Shown one piece after another: positions 38,030 through 40,293 of a DNA stretch of 40,293 bases; the stretch's first letter is position 1; the number at the start of each line of letters is the position of its first letter. Below the pieces are notes generated by a model that made no database searches, was not told the origin of the DNA, and saw only the letters and a list, made by a program, of their open reading frames with translations. Location: positions 1 through 40,293 of the forward strand of contig CAXBFT010000001.1 of assembly GCA_963974945.1 (NCBI GenBank). The letters are read 5' to 3'. Source of the stretch: an uncultured Alphaproteobacteria bacterium (lineage in GTDB: Bacteria > Pseudomonadota > Alphaproteobacteria > Micavibrionales > Micavibrionaceae). The position numbers and the translations under genes are program-made.

Positions 38030-38445
38030 ATTTTCAACTCGATAACGACACAGGCAAAATCATCGTCCATGTACCGATAAATTTTCGGCGCTGGGGCGGA
38101 AAAAAGGTGTTGATCGGCCCGCAGGGCGAAGATCTGCGGCTTTTGGAAAAAGAAATCCGCAAAGATGAGAAATTGCTCAAGGCTCTGGCGCGGGCATACA
38201 AATGGCAGAAGCTGATCGCCATAGGGAAATATCAAAACTCAGGCGATATTGAAATGGTGGAGCAAATCAACAGATCGTATGTGCAGCGTGTGATGCGGAT
38301 GATGTTGCTGTCGCCACGCATCATCGAGGCTATTTTGAATGGAGAGCAACCCGAAGGCTTTGCCCTGACAGATATCGACAAGACTTTCTCACCGCTTTGG
38401 GACAAGCAGGCCGAGCAGTTCGGCTTTACTTTCCGGCATCAATAA
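38026..38445 (+). CDS. Recombinase-associated small protein (139 aa)
   Basis: It has an ATGA overlap with the recombinase stop. INRSYVQRVMRMMLLSPRIIEAILNGEQPEG resembles a motif I recall from recombinase-linked DNA-binding proteins (unverified). Confidence 0.5.
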   Translation: MNFQLDNDTGKIIVHVPINFRRWGGKKVLIGPQGEDLRLLEKEIRKDEKLLKALARAYKWQKLIAIGKYQNSGDIEMVEQINRSYVQRVMRMMLLSPRIIEAILNGEQPEGFALTDIDKTFSPLWDKQAEQFGFTFRHQ

Positions 38446-38836
38446 AGCGTTTACGCGCCTTTAGGATTTTTGTGTGATTGTCGTTCGCCCAGTTGAAAAC
38501 TTCCCACAAAGGGATCAGGAAAGATTTGCCAAGAAACGTTAAGCTGTATTCCACACTCGGCGGTTTTGTTGGAAAAACCTTTCTGTTTATCAGGCCGTCT
38601 CTTTCAAGATCACGCAATATCTGGGTTAGCACTCGTTGTGAAATTTCAGGAAGTTCTCGCTTTAACTCACCGAAACGTAAAGGGCTTTGGGCCAGCGCGA
38701 TAATAATAAAAGCATTCCATTTACCACTCAACTGACCCAAAGCATCTCTGAATGGATGATGCTTTATTGTTTGAAATTTCTCTCTCCAAGCGCGACACTG
38801 CTCGTCAAGTTTTCTTGCAGCCTCGCGTATTGGCAT
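38426..38836 (-). CDS. HxlR-family winged-helix transcriptional regulator
   Basis: LSGKWNAFIIIALAQSPLRFGELKRELPEISQRVLTQILRDLERDGLINRKVFPTKPPSVEYSLT is a textbook HxlR pattern. Confidence 0.85.
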   Translation of the reverse strand: MPIREAARKLDEQCRAWREKFQTIKHHPFRDALGQLSGKWNAFIIIALAQSPLRFGELKRELPEISQRVLTQILRDLERDGLINRKVFPTKPPSVEYSLTFLGKSFLIPLWEVFNWANDNHTKILKARKRFIDAGK

Positions 38837-38860
38837 TAATGCTCTCCTGCTGGAAATCGA

Positions 38861-39232
38861 TTACTTACCGCGTTTCGACAACCATTCCTGCATCATCTCT
38901 ATCTCGGCTTCTTGAGCTGTGATTACTTCTTTTGCCAATTTGCGGACCTCTGAATCTTTGCCATACTTCAAAGCAACGTGGGCCATGTCGATAGCGCCTT
39001 GGTGGTGTGGGATCATACCGCGCATGAAATCAATATCAGCATCCCCTGTGAAGTTTATCGCCATGTTGGCATGCATTTTATTGTTCGCTTCCTGATAAGC
39101 ACTGATCACCTGATTGTCGGATTTTTCGTTCATGCTCATATTGTGACCAGCGTGACCGGATTCACTCATGGCAGGTTTCTCATAGGCAACAGCAACAGCA
39201 GCAGCGGTTAAAACGGTTCTAACTTGGGACAT
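38861..39232 (-). CDS. DUF305 domain protein (secreted)
   Basis: Signal peptide, then [12 protein letters not shown] and [23 protein letters not shown], which are DUF305 hallmarks. Confidence 0.8.
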   Translation of the reverse strand: MSQVRTVLTAAAVAVAYEKPAMSESGHAGHNMSMNEKSDNQVISAYQEANNKMHANMAINFTGDADIDFMRGMIPHHQGAIDMAHVALKYGKDSEVRKLAKEVITAQEAEIEMMQEWLSKRGK

Positions 39233-39271
39233 AGCTTGGCTCCTTGCTTGAAATAACTGAATGTAATTTTG

Positions 39272-39302
39272 AGTGTAATCCTTCCCATCGTTGGAAGGTC
39301 AA
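39272..39302 (-). promoter_or_regulatory. MerR/CueR-type promoter-operator driving the DUF305-HxlR unit
   Basis: The minus strand reads TTGACC, then TTCCAACGATGGGAAGGAT (19 nt), then TACACT. The dyad is CCTTCC-N7-GGAAGG. Confidence 0.65.
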
Positions 39303-39355
39303 GCTCTTTAATGAACGAGTTCATAATCGAATATTAGGCTCAATACTTTAGGCTA

Positions 39356-39386
39356 TTGACCTTCCTGCTATAGGAAGGTGTAAGCT
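39356..39386 (+). promoter_or_regulatory. MerR/CueR-type promoter-operator driving the MFS gene
   Basis: TTGACC (39356-39361), then TTCCTGCTATAGGAAGGTG (19 nt), then TAAGCT (39381-39386). The dyad is ACCTTCC-N7-GGAAGGT. Confidence 0.65.
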
Positions 39387-39410
39387 GGATCAACGTTTAA
39401 AGGTGATCTC

Positions 39411-40293
39411 ATGAATTTCTTTGCAAGCGACATTCTTTCAAATAAAACTTACCGCAATCTATTCTTTGCACAGGTGATCGCGCTAATCGGTACAGGGCTT
39501 GCCACAGTCGCACTGGGGCTTCTTGCCTATGACATTGCGGGCGGTGATGCCGGAACCGTTCTGGGGACGGCGATGGCGATCAAGATGATCGCCTATATTG
39601 GTATCGCCCCGATTGTGGGGGCTTATGCCAACCGCCTGCCGCGCCGTGCTTTTCTTGTGGCGATGGATCTGGTGCGTGCGGGCGTGGCCATATGCCTGCC
39701 GTTTGTCGATCAAGTCTGGCAGATTTATATTCTTATCTTCCTTTTGCAATCGGCGTCAGCCGCTTTCACCCCGACATTCCAGGCAACAATCCCGGACGTG
39801 CTGCCCAAAGAAAAAGACTACACCCGCGCTCTGTCGCTCTCGCGGCTGGCCTACGACATGGAAAGTCTGACCAGCCCGATGCTGGCGGCGGCACTTTTGA
39901 CGATCATTGATTTTCACTGGCTGTTCTCCGGTACGGCGGTTGGTTTTGCCCTCTCGGCGTTGCTGGTGATGGCGACCATCCTGCCTAAAGCGGCAAGCAC
40001 CACGACAATCCGCAAAGAAGGCGTGATTGCGAAAACAACACGCGGCATGCGCTTTTATTTGAAAACACCGCGCCTGCGCGGGCTTTTGGCGATTACGCTG
40101 GCCGCCGCTGCCGCCAGTTCCATGGTCATCGTCAATACGGTCGTGATCGTGCGTGACACGCTGGGATTGTCGCAAACCGATGTGGCGATCACGCTGGCGG
40201 CGTTCGGCGGCGGATCAATCATTGCCGCATTCTTGTTGCCACGTCTTTTGGACCGGATTTCCGACAGGCGCATCATGATATTGTCAGCCATCG
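39411..40293 (+). CDS. MFS transporter (partial; runs off the right edge)
   Basis: This is my own translation, because the ORF has no stop in the window and is absent from the track. MNFFASDILSNKTYRNLFFAQVIALIGTGLATVALGLLAYDIAG... has many TM segments and the loop motif GAYANRLPRR. RBS AAAGGTGA. Confidence 0.8.
   Translation, partial: MNFFASDILSNKTYRNLFFAQVIALIGTGLATVALGLLAYDIAGGDAGTVLGTAMAIKMIAYIGIAPIVGAYANRLPRRAFLVAMDLVRAGVAICLPFVDQVWQIYILIFLLQSASAAFTPTFQATIPDVLPKEKDYTRALSLSRLAYDMESLTSPMLAAALLTIIDFHWLFSGTAVGFALSALLVMATILPKAASTTTIRKEGVIAKTTRGMRFYLKTPRLRGLLAITLAAAAASSMVIVNTVVIVRDTLGLSQTDVAITLAAFGGGSIIAAFLLPRLLDRISDRRIMILSAI

Noticed and set aside
39756-40175. 139-aa Arg/Gln-rich minus-strand ORF, plus short + strand ORFs at 39598-39910.
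   Set aside because: They are shadows or off-frame ORFs of the MFS transporter gene. That gene is missing from the track only because it has no stop codon within the window.

Overview
This 40.3 kb window reads as part of a conjugative plasmid or ICE, probably alphaproteobacterial, judged from the gene set: DUF736, a DUF3363-type relaxase, ArdC and a VirB/D4 type IV secretion system (T4SS). All family names come from motif recognition by eye; no database search was run.

Layout:
- (1) 1-8.9 kb is an array of + strand genes that all point at an AT-rich putative oriT. It holds a ParB-like nuclease-domain protein, a methyltransferase-like protein lacking the catalytic motif, ArdC, a type Ib ParA plus small RHH partner, a small conserved protein, a DUF3991/Toprim protein, ParDE and DUF736. 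The array is punctuated by three copies of a structured non-coding element whose closing stem covaries between copies. I consider this the most interesting signal. It could be an ssDNA (Frpo-like) promoter or a structured leader for early anti-restriction genes.
- (2) 4.2-4.9 kb holds a 272-bp tandem duplication and a (G/A)TAAGT(A/C) iteron array upstream of parA.
- (3) 9.0-11.3 kb holds the putative oriT and a MOBP-like relaxase.
- (4) 12.2-13.7 kb holds hipBA.
- (5) 14.2-25.2 kb (- strand) holds virB2-B3-B4-B5, two lipoprotein genes, then virB6-B8-B9-B10-B11-virD4. There is no virB1.
- (6) 26.4-35.8 kb is a metal module: a CzcI-like gene, czcC split by an intact IS3-family element with a 3-bp target duplication, His-rich czcB, czcA, an lspA paralog and two CDF genes, the second with a non-native 3' end.
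- (7) 35.9-38.4 kb is a translationally coupled four-gene serine-recombinase operon.
- (8) 38.4-40.3 kb holds HxlR and DUF305 divergent from an MFS gene that runs off the window. The intergenic region carries two back-to-back CueR/MerR-type promoters with 19-nt spacers, and no MerR-family gene is present in the window.
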